From: an uncultured Candidatus Saccharibacteria bacterium | Lineage (GTDB): Bacteria > Patescibacteriota > Minisyncoccia > UBA6257 > JAKLIH01 | DNA: 48,722 nucleotides | NCBI GenBank assembly: GCA_964475745.1 | Contig: CAYYXO010000003.1 | Coordinates: 1-48,722, forward strand | Direction: 5' to 3' | Notes under the pieces: model-generated | The model's input: the letters and a program-made list of their open reading frames with translations, nothing else | The model's database searches: none | What the model was told of the DNA's origin: nothing | Made by a program: the position numbers and the translations under genes | Shown: piece after piece, positions 29,243-40,821 of the stretch | How positions within the stretch are numbered: the stretch's first letter is position 1 | Layout: every line of letters starts with the position of its first letter

Positions 29243-29662
29243 ATGAAAAAAAGATCAAAAACCGTTTTAACTATATTGTTCTTATTTTTTATATCAATAG
29301 TTGTTAGTTTTTGAAAAAATCAAGAAACTTTTAATCAAAGGAAAGTTGAGGCAAGTTATCAAGCTATGGGCTATAACATTTGCCAAGATGATTTTTCTTG
29401 CCCTATTGAGCACTTAGCTAGATGTGAAAAATCTTATTTTAAAATATATGCGGGTGCAAATTGAATAGAAGAAATGACTTACAAAGAAAATGGCCAATGT
29501 GTTTTTTACTTAATTAAAAGCGATGATCAGGGTATGATCTGCTATTTTAATGAAGCTATCATGGATCTCCAGTTAGCTAAAAGGGTCAAGCTTTACAATA
29601 TCCATAAAGATGAACAAATACAAAAACATTGTCAGTTAATTACTAAAGGTGAAGTAAATTAA
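29243..29662 (+). CDS. Membrane-anchored six-Cys hypothetical protein B (139 aa)
   Basis: Open under table 4 (2 TGA); N-terminal TM; paralog of 27491-27886. Confidence 0.8.
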
Positions 29663-31116
29663 TTTTCTAGTTTTTTTGTAGCATTATATATTTCACCAGC
29701 GCCCATTATTAAAATAATATCTTTTGGCTTAATGTTTTTTGATATTAGTTCTAAAACCCCATTATTGTTTTTGGCAAAAAAAGTTTTTGTTTTTTTGTTT
29801 ACTTTCTCTATTTTTTTAATAACATCAATAGAAGAAATCATGGCAATTTCTTTTTTTGATTCTCTGCCGAAAACAGTATAGATTTCTTCTAAAATTAAGA
29901 CATCTGCCAAAGTAAAGCATTTAGCATATTTTGCCAGTAAGACTTTGGTGCGGGTGTGTTCGTGAGGCTGAAAAGCCAAAACAATTCGGCATTTTTTATA
30001 GAGATCTTTTGTTGCTTTTAAAGTTTCTTCAATGGCAGTTGGGTGGTGGCCATAATCAGAAACAACCAAAGATCTATTATCTTTAAATTCAAATTTTGAA
30101 ATATTTTTAATTTTATAATATTGTTTTTTATCTTTTTTGAATTCAAAATAACCAATCCTGTCAAAACGCCTTCAAATGCCTTCAAACTTTAATAAGGCCT
30201 TTTTAATGTCTTTTATATTTACATTATAATTTAAAGCAACAGCAATGCTTGCCAGAGCATTATAAACATTTATTTCTCCAGGAAGAGTTAAGGTTATTTT
30301 ATCAATAAATTTGCCATACAAAAACAAATCAAAAGAAAGTAACTTTGTTTTTTGGTTTGTTTCAATATTTTTAGCCATCAAATCAGCTTTATTTTTTATA
30401 GCAAAAGAAAAAGCTTTTGACTTTATTTTAATTTGCTTTAATAATTTTGAATCATTATTTAAAATAAGCAAATCATCTTTTTTTAATTTGTTGGTAAATT
30501 TTTGAAATGTTTTAAGCATAGAATGTTCATCTTTATAGCAGTCTGGATGATCAAGCTCTAGATTGTTAATAACAATTGTTTTTGGCATCATTTCTAAAAA
30601 ATGGGCTTTTCATTCGCAAGCTTCAGCAATTAAAATATCAGAAGAGCCAAGCCTTAGGTTACCATCCCATGCTTTTAATTTTGAACCAACAATAACATTT
30701 GGATCTTTTTTAGCTGTTTCAAAGATACAGCCAATCATGGCTGTAGTTGAGCTTTTCCCATGAGTTCCTGATATAGCAATAGTATGATATTTTTTAGTTA
30801 AAAGACCCAAAACTTCTGAATAAGAAAGTTCAGGTATTTTAAAATCACGAGCGGCTTTTCTTTCAGGGTGGTTTTTAGGCAAAGCAGGCGAGTAAATTAA
30901 AAGGTCAATGTTTTTTTTAATATTTTCATATTTTTGACCAATATTTATTTTTACTCCCATTTTTTCAAATTGTTCAACTATTTCAGAATAAACTAATTCC
31001 GAGCCAATAACTTTTTTATTGTTTTTAAGCATAAACTTAGCTATAGCACTAACACCAATACCACCAATGCCAGCAACATAAATATTTTTTATTTTATCAA
31101 AGTTAAAATTTTCCAT
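29659..31116 (-). CDS. murC: UDP-N-acetylmuramate--L-alanine ligase
   Basis: GIGGIGVSAIA; AISGTHGKSSTT; EACE[TGA]; NLELDHPD; FEGI[TGA]RRF; DYGHHPT; FQPH; MGAG. Confidence 0.95.
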
Positions 31117-31140
31117 AGTGTTTTTTTATTATACATAAAT

Positions 31141-31169
31141 ATTTTAGCATATTTTTATTATTGTTTCAA
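31141..31169 (-). promoter_or_regulatory. Putative murC promoter
   Basis: Minus strand TTGAAA-17 nt-TAAAAT with TG extension. Confidence 0.5.
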
Positions 31170-31176
31170 TTGAAAA

Positions 31177-31199
31177 AGGACGACCCCTGGGGTCGTCCT
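31177..31199. repeat. GC-rich perfect inverted repeat between divergent murC and uvrA
   Basis: AGGACGACCCC-T-GGGGTCGTCCT. Confidence 0.85.
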
Positions 31200-31254
31200 A
31201 ATTTTAATATTAAGACATTTGGATAGTTTGGGTATTTTAGGTAGTGGCTAGCTA

Positions 31255-31283
31255 TCGACATTATTGAAAAAATTTGATATAAT
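31255..31283 (+). promoter_or_regulatory. Putative uvrA promoter
   Basis: TCGACA-17 nt-TATAAT with TG extension. Confidence 0.55.
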
Positions 31284-31309
31284 AGCTTCGCTTAAAATAA
31301 AAAAACAAC

Positions 31310-34180
31310 ATGAAAAAAACCACAAAAATGCCTGCAAAACAAAAAGAAAACAACATAAAGTTTTTTGGAGTTAAAGTTCATAATTTAAAAAATATTGATA
31401 TTAAAATTCCTAAAAATAAATTGGTGGTGTTTTGTGGAGTTTCTGGATCTGGCAAAACATCTTTGGCTTTTGATACCATTTATGCAGAAGCAGAAAGAAG
31501 ATATGTTGAATCGCTTTCTTCTTATGCTAGACAGTTCTTAGGAGTTAAAGACAAACCAAGTATTGATAAAGCAGAAAACTTATCACCAGCTATTTCTATT
31601 GATCAAAGATCTTTAATGAGAAATCCAAGATCAACAGTAGGCACGATTACAGAAATCTATGATTATTTAAGAATTATCTTTAGTCACATTGGAGAACCAA
31701 GGTGTCCTAAGTGTGATCTTAAAATACAAAGTCAAACAATTTCTCAAATTGTTAATCATATTTTAGAGCTTCCTTTAAAAACAGAATTTTTAGTATTAAG
31801 CACTATTTTTCAAGACAAAAAAGGAGAGCATAAAAATATTATTGAAGAAATATATAAACAAGGCTTTCCCAGAGGCAGGTTTGATGGGAAAATTTGAAAA
31901 TTAGACGAGCTTCTAGATCAAGAAATTGACAAAAACAAAAAGCATACCTTAGACATTGTTATTGATAATTTAATTATTGAAAAAGATTTAGAAAAAAATC
32001 GTCTTTATAGTTCAATTGAGCTTGCTTTTAAGATGGGCAAGGGTATTGGTATTGTTAATATTACTAAAGGAGAGATAAAAGAAATAAAAAAAAACACAAA
32101 GTTTAACTTTTCTATTCAAAATGAAAACGATATAATTTTTAGCGAACACTTTGCTTGTAATATTTGTGGATTTAATATGCCTAAAATTGAGCCAAGATTG
32201 TTTTCTTTTAACAACCCCATTGGTGCTTGTAAAAAATGTACTGGTCTAGGTCATTTAATTTGTGTTGATAGAAACCTAGTCATGCCAAGCAAAGAGCTAA
32301 CTTTAAATGAAGGAGCTATCCATCCATGAGCTTCAGCTTCTCATCGAGTTGGCCGGCAAGGCTATTATTGATGATCTTTGGCAGGCTTAGCTGAAAAATA
32401 CAAATTTTCTATGGATGTTAAAGTAAAAGATTTGCCAGAAGACATCATTGATATTATTTTATATGGAGATAAAGATAAGGAAGGAGAATTTGAGGGTGTG
32501 ATTAACAACTTAGAGCGTCGCTGAAGAGAAACTGAATCAGATTGAACTAAAAAAGAAATTGAAAGATATATGCATAATGTTGTTTGCCCCGAATGTCATG
32601 GTTTGCGTTTAAATAAATATGCTTTAAGTGTCTCAATCGACAGTTATAACATTGCTGATATCAATGTGATGACAGTTGGTCAAGGAATTGATTTTTTTGA
32701 ACAACTAAAAGATAACTTAAAAGCAAACAGAAAACAAATAGCAGCTCCTTTAATAAAAGAAATATTAAGTAGATTAAATTTTCTTAAAGATGTTAGTTTA
32801 GAATATCTTTCTTTGTCTAGGGAATCAACCACTCTTTCAGGAGGGGAGGCACAAAGAATTCGCCTAGCTACGCAAATTAGCTCTGGGCTTTCCAATATCA
32901 TTTATGTTTTAGACGAGCCTTCAGTAGGGCTTCACCCAAGAGATCAGGAAAGATTAATCAACAATCTTAGAAAGCTACGCGATCTTGATAATACTGTTAT
33001 TGTGGTTGAGCATGACGAGCAAACTATAAAAGCAGCTGATTGAGTTATTGAAATAGGACCAAAAGCAGGTAAACATGGTGGAGAAATTGTTTTTGAAGGC
33101 ACACCAACTCAACTATTTAAAGCTAACACCCTAACAGGAAAATATTTAAGCAACAAATTAAAAGTTGAGCTCCCTAAAGACAAAAAAAGAAGTGAAACTA
33201 ATCAAGAAATAAAACTTTTAGGTTGCAAAAAACACAATTTAAAAAACATAGATGTTTCTTTGCCGCTTGGAAAAATGGTTGGAGTTACTGGTGTTTCTGG
33301 CTCTGGTAAATCGACTTTAATTATGGATTTACTTTATCCAGCTATTATTAAATATTTTAAAACTAGATCAGACAATGATGTTTCCTATGATAAGATTGAC
33401 GGTGTAAACTATATTGACAGATGTATTTTAGTTAATCAAGAACCCATCGGTCGAACACCAAGGTCGAACCCAGTAACTTATATTGGAGCTTTTAACTATA
33501 TTAGAGATCTTTTTTCAAAAACAGAATTAAGCAAAATGAGAGGTTATGAAATTGGCAGGTTTAGCTTTAATGTTAAAGGTGGAAGATGCGAAGCTTGCCA
33601 AGGAGACGGCTATAAAAAGATTGAAATGTATTTTTTGCCTCCAGTTTATACTGTTTGCGACGAATGTAAAGGAACTCGTTTTAATGAAGAAACTTTACAA
33701 GTAGCTTATAGAAACAAAAACATAGCCGATGTTTTAGAAATGAGTGTTGACGAAGCAGTTAAATTTTTTAAAGACATACCTATTATAAATAAAAAACTTC
33801 AACTGCTTGTTGATGTGGGTCTTTCCTATATGAAACTTGGGCAGTCTTCAACCACTCTTTCTGGTGGAGAAGCGCAAAGAGTAAAATTAGCAGAAGAATT
33901 ATCAAAAAGAGACACTGGTAGAACACTATATATCCTTGATGAGCCAACAACAGGTCTTCACTTTGATGATATCAACAAGCTATTAAAAGTGTTAAATTTG
34001 CTTGTAGAAAAAGGAAATACAGTTATTGTTATTGAGCACGAACTAGATGTTATTAAAAATTGCGATTATATAATTGATTTAGGGCCAGAAGGAGGAGATA
34101 AGGGGGGTGAAGTAGTTGCTTCAGGAAAAATTAATGATCTTAAAAAAGCCAAAAACAGCTATACAGCTAAATTTTTATAA
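31310..34180 (+). CDS. uvrA: Excinuclease ABC subunit A (7 in-frame TGA; start may be 31328)
   Basis: [18 protein letters not shown]; [10 protein letters not shown]; LSGGEAQR twice; LDEP; AAD[TGA 33041]VIEIGP; [10 protein letters not shown]. Confidence 0.97.
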
Positions 34181-34189
34181 AAACCTTTC

Positions 34190-34218
34190 TTGAAAAATTT
34201 TTCTAAATTTGATACAAT
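34190..34218 (+). promoter_or_regulatory. sigma70-type promoter upstream of hypothetical-groES-groEL
   Basis: TTGAAA-17 nt-TACAAT with TG extension. Confidence 0.55.
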
Positions 34219-34248
34219 TTCTTTAGCTTAATAAATTAAAACAAAAAT

Positions 34249-34584
34249 ATGTCAGATTTTAAAATTGAAAAAAAGGGAGATTTTAATTATGAGGTAGTGG
34301 ATAGTAAAACTAATGAAATAAAGGAAAAAGATCCAATTGAAATGACAGAGCAAGAAAGATTAGCTAAAAAAGCAGAAGAAGAGGAAATCAGTGGCTTTGA
34401 AACAGTTGTTATGAAGCTTCTTAAAGAAGGAATAATCCAAGAAATAAAATCAAGTGGCTATGATGAAGAAGATAAAATTCTTTATAAACTTAGGGTAAAT
34501 AACGAGTGACACGAAAACTTAACACCCAAAGCAGCCAAAGATTTGTTAATAAAAATAGAGCAAGAAAATAATAAAAATAAATAA
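34249..34584 (+). CDS. Acidic hypothetical protein (111 aa)
   Basis: Reads through TGA 34507 (NNE-W-HENLTP) to TAA 34582-34584, closing the gap to groES. Confidence 0.7.
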
Positions 34585-34625
34585 AGGTCGGTTTATCTAT
34601 TTTAATAAAAATTAAAAGAAATATT

Positions 34626-34919
34626 ATGCTAAAAAAGTTATTAAACGATAACTTGCTTGTTGAAGTTGATAGTAAGGAGCAGCAAACTTCATCTGGTTTG
34701 TTTATTCCCGAAACATCTTCAGATAAAAATATTTTAACAGGCATAGTTGCTTTTGCTGGTAACGGAAAAACAAATGACAAAGGCGAAGTAAAACCCATGC
34801 AAGTAAAAGCTCAAGACAGAATTATGTTTGAAAAATCTTATGGTGCTCAAGAAATAAAGGTTGATGGAAAAGAATATCTAAAAATTTCAGAAGCTGATGT
34901 AATTGCTATTTTAGAATAA
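34626..34919 (+). CDS. groES: Co-chaperonin GroES
   Basis: TSSGLFIP; GIVAFAGNG; EIKVDGKEYL..EADVIAIL. Confidence 0.93.
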   Translation: MLKKLLNDNLLVEVDSKEQQTSSGLFIPETSSDKNILTGIVAFAGNGKTNDKGEVKPMQVKAQDRIMFEKSYGAQEIKVDGKEYLKISEADVIAILE

Positions 34920-34948
34920 TTTTAATAAAAATATTAAAAGTATAAACT

Positions 34949-36580
34949 ATGTCTAAAGGAATTGTTTTTAATGAAAAAGCTTTACAATCATTAAAAAATG
35001 GGATCGACAAGATAAACAATGTAGTAAAAATTACTTTAGGGCCTAAAGGTTCAAATGTTATTTTAGACAAAGGCTATGGTTCGCCACATATCACTAATGA
35101 TGGCGTTACCATTGCTAAAGAGATTGAGCTAGAAGATAAAATAGAAAATTTAGGTGTTTCTATTGTAAAAGAAGCCTCAGAAAAAACAAGTGATAGTGCT
35201 GGCGATGGCACAACTTCTGCCATTGTTTTAGCAACATCAATGATCCAAACAGGCATTAAAAATATTGTTGCTGGTGCTGACCCAATGTCAGTCAAAAGAG
35301 GTATGGATAAGGCTGCTAAAAAAGTCGTGGCTAGCCTAAAAGAAGTTTCCAAAGAAGTTTCAAAAAATGAAGATATAGCTAATGTTGCTACTATTTCAGC
35401 TAGAGACAGAGAAATTGGAGAAATGATTGCCAATGTTATTTCAACAGTTGGCAAAGACGGTGTAGTAACAGTTGAAGATTCTCAAACAGTTGGTCTTTCC
35501 AAAGAAGTTGTTGAAGGACTACAATTTGATAGAGGCTATATCTCCCCTTATATGACCACCAATACTGACAAAATGGAAGCTGTTTTAGAAGATCCCTATA
35601 TTTTAATTACTGATCAAAAAATTTCTGTCATTAAAGATTTGCTGCCACTTTTAGAAAAACTAGTTCAAGCAGGCTCAAAGGAATTATTAATTATTGCTGA
35701 AGATTTAGATGGTGAAGCCTTAGCCACTTTAGTGCTAAATAAAATTAGAGGTACTTTTACTGCCGTAGCAGTTAAGGCTCCTGGTTTTGGCGATAGGCAA
35801 AAAGAAATGCTTAATGACATTGGTATTATCACTAACGGCCAAGTTATTACAGCTGATTTAGGCATGAAATTAGAAAAAGTCGAGGTTGACATGCTTGGTA
35901 AAGCTCACAAAGCTATTGTCAACAAAGACAATACTACTATTGTTGGTGGTGTTGCCAAAAAGGAGAAAATTGAAGAAAGAGTTAATCAAATCAAAAAACA
36001 AATTGAAAATTGCGATAGTGATTTTGATAAAGAAAAATTACAAGAAAGATTGGCAAAAATTACTGGTGGAGTTGCAATTATAAAAGTTGGTGCTCCTTCG
36101 GAAATTGAACAAAAATCAATCAAAGACAGGATTGATGATGCTGTCAGGGCTACCAAATCAGCAGTTGAAGAGGGTGTTGTTCCTGGAGGCGGAGTTGCCT
36201 TGATTCGTTGTTTATTCTCGCTAGAAAATATAGAGACATCTAACGACGATGAAAAAACAGGAATAGAAATTATTAAAAAATCTATTGAAGCACCTATCAG
36301 GCAAATTGCTGAAAATTGTGGTATTGATGGTTCAGTAGTTATTGATAAAGTAAAAAATGAAAAAGAAATATGATTTGGCTATGATGCCGATAAATTAGTC
36401 TATGGCAATTTAATGGAAAAAGGAATTATTGATCCAACTAAAGTTGTTAGAGCTGCTTTTGAAAATGCTGTTTCAGTTGCTAGCATGTTTCTAACAACTA
36501 AGGCAGTTGTGTTCGAAAAACCCGAGAAAAAAGAAGCTTGCGACACTTGCAATCAAAATCCAAACATGATGGACTATTAA
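34949..36580 (+). CDS. groEL: Chaperonin GroEL (543 aa)
   Basis: TLGPKG; [11 protein letters not shown]; AGDGTT; KAPGFGDR; EEGVVPGGG; TGA 36371 then GIIDPTKV; TAA 36578-36580. Confidence 0.98.
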
Positions 36581-36604
36581 AAAAGGTTATTTGGATAAAT
36601 GTTG

Positions 36605-36634
36605 AAAATCACTCCTTTTTAAGGGGTGATTTTT
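36605..36634 (+). terminator. Intrinsic terminator after groEL
   Basis: AAAATCACTCCTT-ttt-AAGGGGTGATTTT. Confidence 0.75.
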
Positions 36635-36707
36635 AATGTTTTAAAGCCCTTGCAAAATATCTTTATATTTGATAAAATTAAAGTAATTAAACATTAATTT
36701 TTATATT

Positions 36708-37268
36708 ATGGCTGATGACAATTATTTAATAGAACTTAAAGAAAATATCAAAAATGGCCTTAATTTTTTTGCTGAAAAACTAGCATCAATAAGATCAAAT
36801 AAGGTGGCCACCACTTTAGTTGAAAATATCAATATTGATTGCTATGGATCTAGTGCTCCTTTAAAAACATTGGCAAATTTAGTTATTCAACCGCCAAATG
36901 TTATTATTGTGGAGCCATGAGATCCAACTATCTTAAATAATATTGTTAAATCAATCGAAGCTTCAAACTTAGGAGTAAATCCCCAAAAGGAAGATAAATT
37001 TGTGAGGATGGTTTTTCCTTCACTTACTCAAGAAAGAAGGGAGCAGCTCATCAAGCTTGCTAACGCAGAAAAAGAGGGTTGTCGAGTAGAAATTAAAAAG
37101 CATCGAGAAATTATTTTGAAAAAAATCAACAATAACTTCAACGAGAAAATGATGTCTGAAGATCAGAAAATTTTCTTAGAAAAAGAAGTTCAAAAAGAAA
37201 TTGACAAAGCCAATGAAAACGCTGAGATGCTCACAGATAAAAAGATTAAAGAATTAAAAGAATTTTAA
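36708..37268 (+). CDS. frr: Ribosome recycling factor
   Basis: LASIRS; CYGSSAPL..LAN; VEP[TGA 36918]DP; LGVNP; PSLTQERR. Confidence 0.93.
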
Positions 37269-37306
37269 AGAATTAGTTTCGATATAATTATAGTTAAACA
37301 TTTCAT

Positions 37307-38407
37307 ATGATATATTTTATTTTGATATTAATGATTTTAGTTTTAGTGCATGAACTAGGTCATTTTTTAACCAGCATATTTTTTAAAGTAAAAGTTGAAG
37401 AATTTGGCATTGGTTTTCCGCCAGCTTTCTACAAAAGAAACATCAATGGTACTAAATTTTCTTTAAACATACTGCCTTTAGGTGGTTTTGTTAAGCTTTA
37501 TGGAGAAGATGGTTCTAACCAGAGCGATCCAGATAGTTTTGCCTCAAAAAAACTTTGACAAAAAATAATCATTTTAGTTGCCGGAGTTTTTAATAATTTA
37601 CTATTAGGTTATGGCATTTTGGCAGTGTTATTATTTATTGGCTTGCCTTTAATAGGAGATTTCAGCGACATTTATGCTCACCTAGACAATCGTGCTATTA
37701 TTAAAAGAGAGGAGATTAATATCACTATGGTTAAAAAAGATTCTCCTGCTCAAATAGCTGAAATTAAAACTAATGACAAAATTTTAAATTTTGGTACTTC
37801 AGCTGAAGATTTGGCAAAAGAAAAGCCATTGGCTAACTTCGAATATTTTGTTCAAAACAATAAAGGAAGAGAGATATTTTTAAAGATAAAATCAAGCGGA
37901 GCTGAGAAAGTTATTAGTGTAATTCCTAGAATAGATCATCCAGAAAATGATGGTCCTATTGGTGTTGGCTTGATGCCAGCAGTAATATATTCTTATCCAT
38001 TTGGCCAAAATTTTGTCGAAGCATTTAATATGGTTACCAAAACTTTCAATATGTTTTTTAAAACTATCGGAAATATTTTCGGCTCTATTTTTAACTTAAA
38101 ATCAGAAACTCATGATGTTGCTGGTCCAGTTGGTATTGCTGTTATGACTAATAGCATCTCTAAACTAGGGCCACTATACTTAGTAGCATTTTTAGCATCT
38201 TTTTCTATCAACCTAGCCATTGTTAATTTATTGCCTATTCCTGGCCTAGATGGAGGAAGGATTTTATTATTGCTTCTAGAGAAGGTTATTGGCAAAAAAA
38301 TTGGCCAAAAAGTAGAAAGTTATTCTATTGGTGTTGGCTTAGCCTTTTTGATTTTAGTAGTTATCTTTGTTACCATAAAGGATGTGCTGTTCTACTTTAT
38401 ATATTAA
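37307..38407 (+). CDS. rseP: RIP metalloprotease RseP (M50)
   Basis: VHELGHF; EEFGIGFPP; LPLGGFVKL; KL[TGA]QK..AGV; PDZ-like; NLLPIPGLDGG. Confidence 0.93.
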
Positions 38408-38427
38408 TCAAAATTTAATTTTTTTAT

Positions 38428-39501
38428 ATGAAAAACTTTTTTAATAAAATATTTGGAGCTAATGCTTTATCACAAGAATTTGGTTTTGATTTGGGCACAG
38501 GCAAGATTTCTGTTTATTTAAAAAATAAAGGCATTGTTTTAAACGAACCTTCAGTTGTTGCTGTAAATAATAAAACTGACCAAATTGTAGCTATTGGTAA
38601 AGAGGCTTCAGCCATGATTGGCAAAACTCCTCAACACATCACCGTAACCAAGCCGATGGTTAATGGTGTTATTTCTGATTTTGAAGTCGCAGAAAAAATG
38701 ATTCAACATCTTTTTCAAAAAATTCGTGAGTCAAATAAAACAGGAAAATTTTGATATGCCAAAAGAGCTATCGTAGGAGTTCCTTCAAGTTGCACAGAAG
38801 TTGAAAAAAAAGCAGTTGAAGATGTTTTTAATAATGCTGGCGCTAAAGAAATATATTTAATTGAAAAATCATTAGCTATTGCTATTGGTAGTGGATTGTT
38901 ATTAAAAGAACCCAAGGGCCATTTAATTGTTGATATGGGGGGAGGTATTACAGAGGTAGCGGTTATTTCTTTAGGCGGAGTGGTAGTTTCTCAAAGCATT
39001 AGAATAGCTGGAGACAAGCTCAATGAAGACATTATCAGATATATTAAAGATAATTTTAAATTAGCTATTGGCGAACAAACAGCAGAAAAGATAAAAATAA
39101 ATATTGGCTCTGCTGTTCCGTCGCATAGTACTGGTGAATCAAAATATCTTATCATTCAAGGAAGAGATCTCACCAAGGGTCTTCCTAAAGAAGTAAAAAT
39201 AACCGAAAAAGAAGTTCGAGACGCTATTTCAGAATCATTAGACATTATTGTTCAGACAATTAAAAATACCATTGAAACAGCTCCTCCAGAATTAATCCCA
39301 GATATAATGAATCACGGAGTTTTACTGACGGGAGGCACAAGCTTGCTAAAAGGAATTGACAAACTCATTGAATCATCAACTGGACTTGATGTAAACCTTG
39401 CTGATGACCCTATTAATACCGTAGTAAGAGGAGAGGGAATTATCCTAGAAAATTTTGAAGGCATGAAGAATTATCTTCTTTCAGCCATTAATACAAAATA
39501 A
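38428..39501 (+). CDS. mreB: Rod shape-determining protein MreB
   Basis: DLGT; EPSVVA; NGVISDF; GVPS; VDMGGGITEVAVISLGG; LTGG; TGA 38752. Confidence 0.95.
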
Positions 39502-39518
39502 TTTGTTAAAATAATTTT

Positions 39519-40337
39519 ATGGTTCCATATTTGCCAAAAAATAGAAATAAGAAAAATCGTTTTCGAAGTTGAGGTTCCATTTTTTTTATTAGCTTGATTT
39601 GATTTTCAGGTGTTTTTTTTCTTGGCAGTATATTTAAATCAATAACCACTCAAACATTGGCAGTAGCCCAACCAGCTCAAAAAAAAGTTGGCTTCGTTAC
39701 TCAGTTTTTAGCAGACTTTTGAAACTTTACTAGCATCAGGTCAGATTATTATCGCCTAAAAGAAAAAGAAAATATTTTTTTTAAAAATCACGGAGCGATA
39801 TCTATTTTAAGATTTGAAAACGAAAAACTTCATCAAATTTTAAATTCCGAATCGCATAAATTTAATATTATACCTTCGAAAGTTCTGATAGGTGATTTAA
39901 ATGGGATCGATGGTGTTTTTATTATTGATCGAGGTTCTAATGACGGACTTAAAGAAGGTATGAATGTCATCTTGCCAGAAAATGTCTTAGTGGGGAAGAT
40001 TATTGAAGTTAGTAATACTTATTCAAAAGTTATGTCTATTTACAACAACAGTATAAATCTTAGTGTAGTTAATGTTGATCAAGAATTTTTAGCTTTACTT
40101 AAAAAAGACCCTTCAGGCCTTCTTTCTTTAAAATTTTTTCCAGAAAACAGCCATTTTGAAGTCGGCGATGTTTTTATAACTTCAAATGAAAATAATGATT
40201 TTATACAAGGATTGCTTGTTGGCAGGATAAGAGCTATTAGGTCAACCAACATCACCAGCCAAGAAAATATCATTATTGAGCCATTTTTTAGCTTGCCAAG
40301 ACTACAAAATGTGTTTGTTATCACTAATTATCCCTAG
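39519..40337 (+). CDS. mreC: Rod shape-determining protein MreC
   Basis: N-terminal TM with TGAs; ENEKL coil; IIDRGSNDGLKEGMNV; LVGKI; GDVFITS. Confidence 0.85.
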
Positions 40338-40359
40338 TTTTTAAATTTATATTTATATT

Positions 40360-40821
40360 ATGGTCAAAAACATTCTTTTTTTTGTTTTAGCTATCTTGCT
40401 TACTTTTATTTTGCTGCCTAATATAAGCATATATTTGAGACCTAATTTGATTTTGATTTTTTTAATTTCATTATATCTTAAAATAGGCTTTGCTAAAAGT
40501 ATTTGGTTTTGAGTGGCTGGTGGCATTATTTTGGATAGTTTAAATGCCATTAGCTTTCCTATTAATACTATTTTGTTTATTAGTTTTTTTGTAATATCCT
40601 TTCTGTTTAAAAATATTTTTGAATATGAAACACTTATGTCAAAAATAATCACCGGCTTTATTTTTATAAGTATTTATTTTTTAAGTTTTATATTGAGAGA
40701 TTTAATTGTTTACAACGGGTTTTTTATAAATTATGAATATTTTAGACAGTTTTTTATTACTTTTATAATTTTTGCTATAATTTGAATAATAAAATCAAAA
40801 CAAGATGAAAAGACCTTATAA
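40360..40821 (+). CDS. mreD: MreD-like membrane protein
   Basis: Hydrophobic 153 aa, PNLIL and GGIILD; between mreC and mrdA; 2 TGA. Confidence 0.65.
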
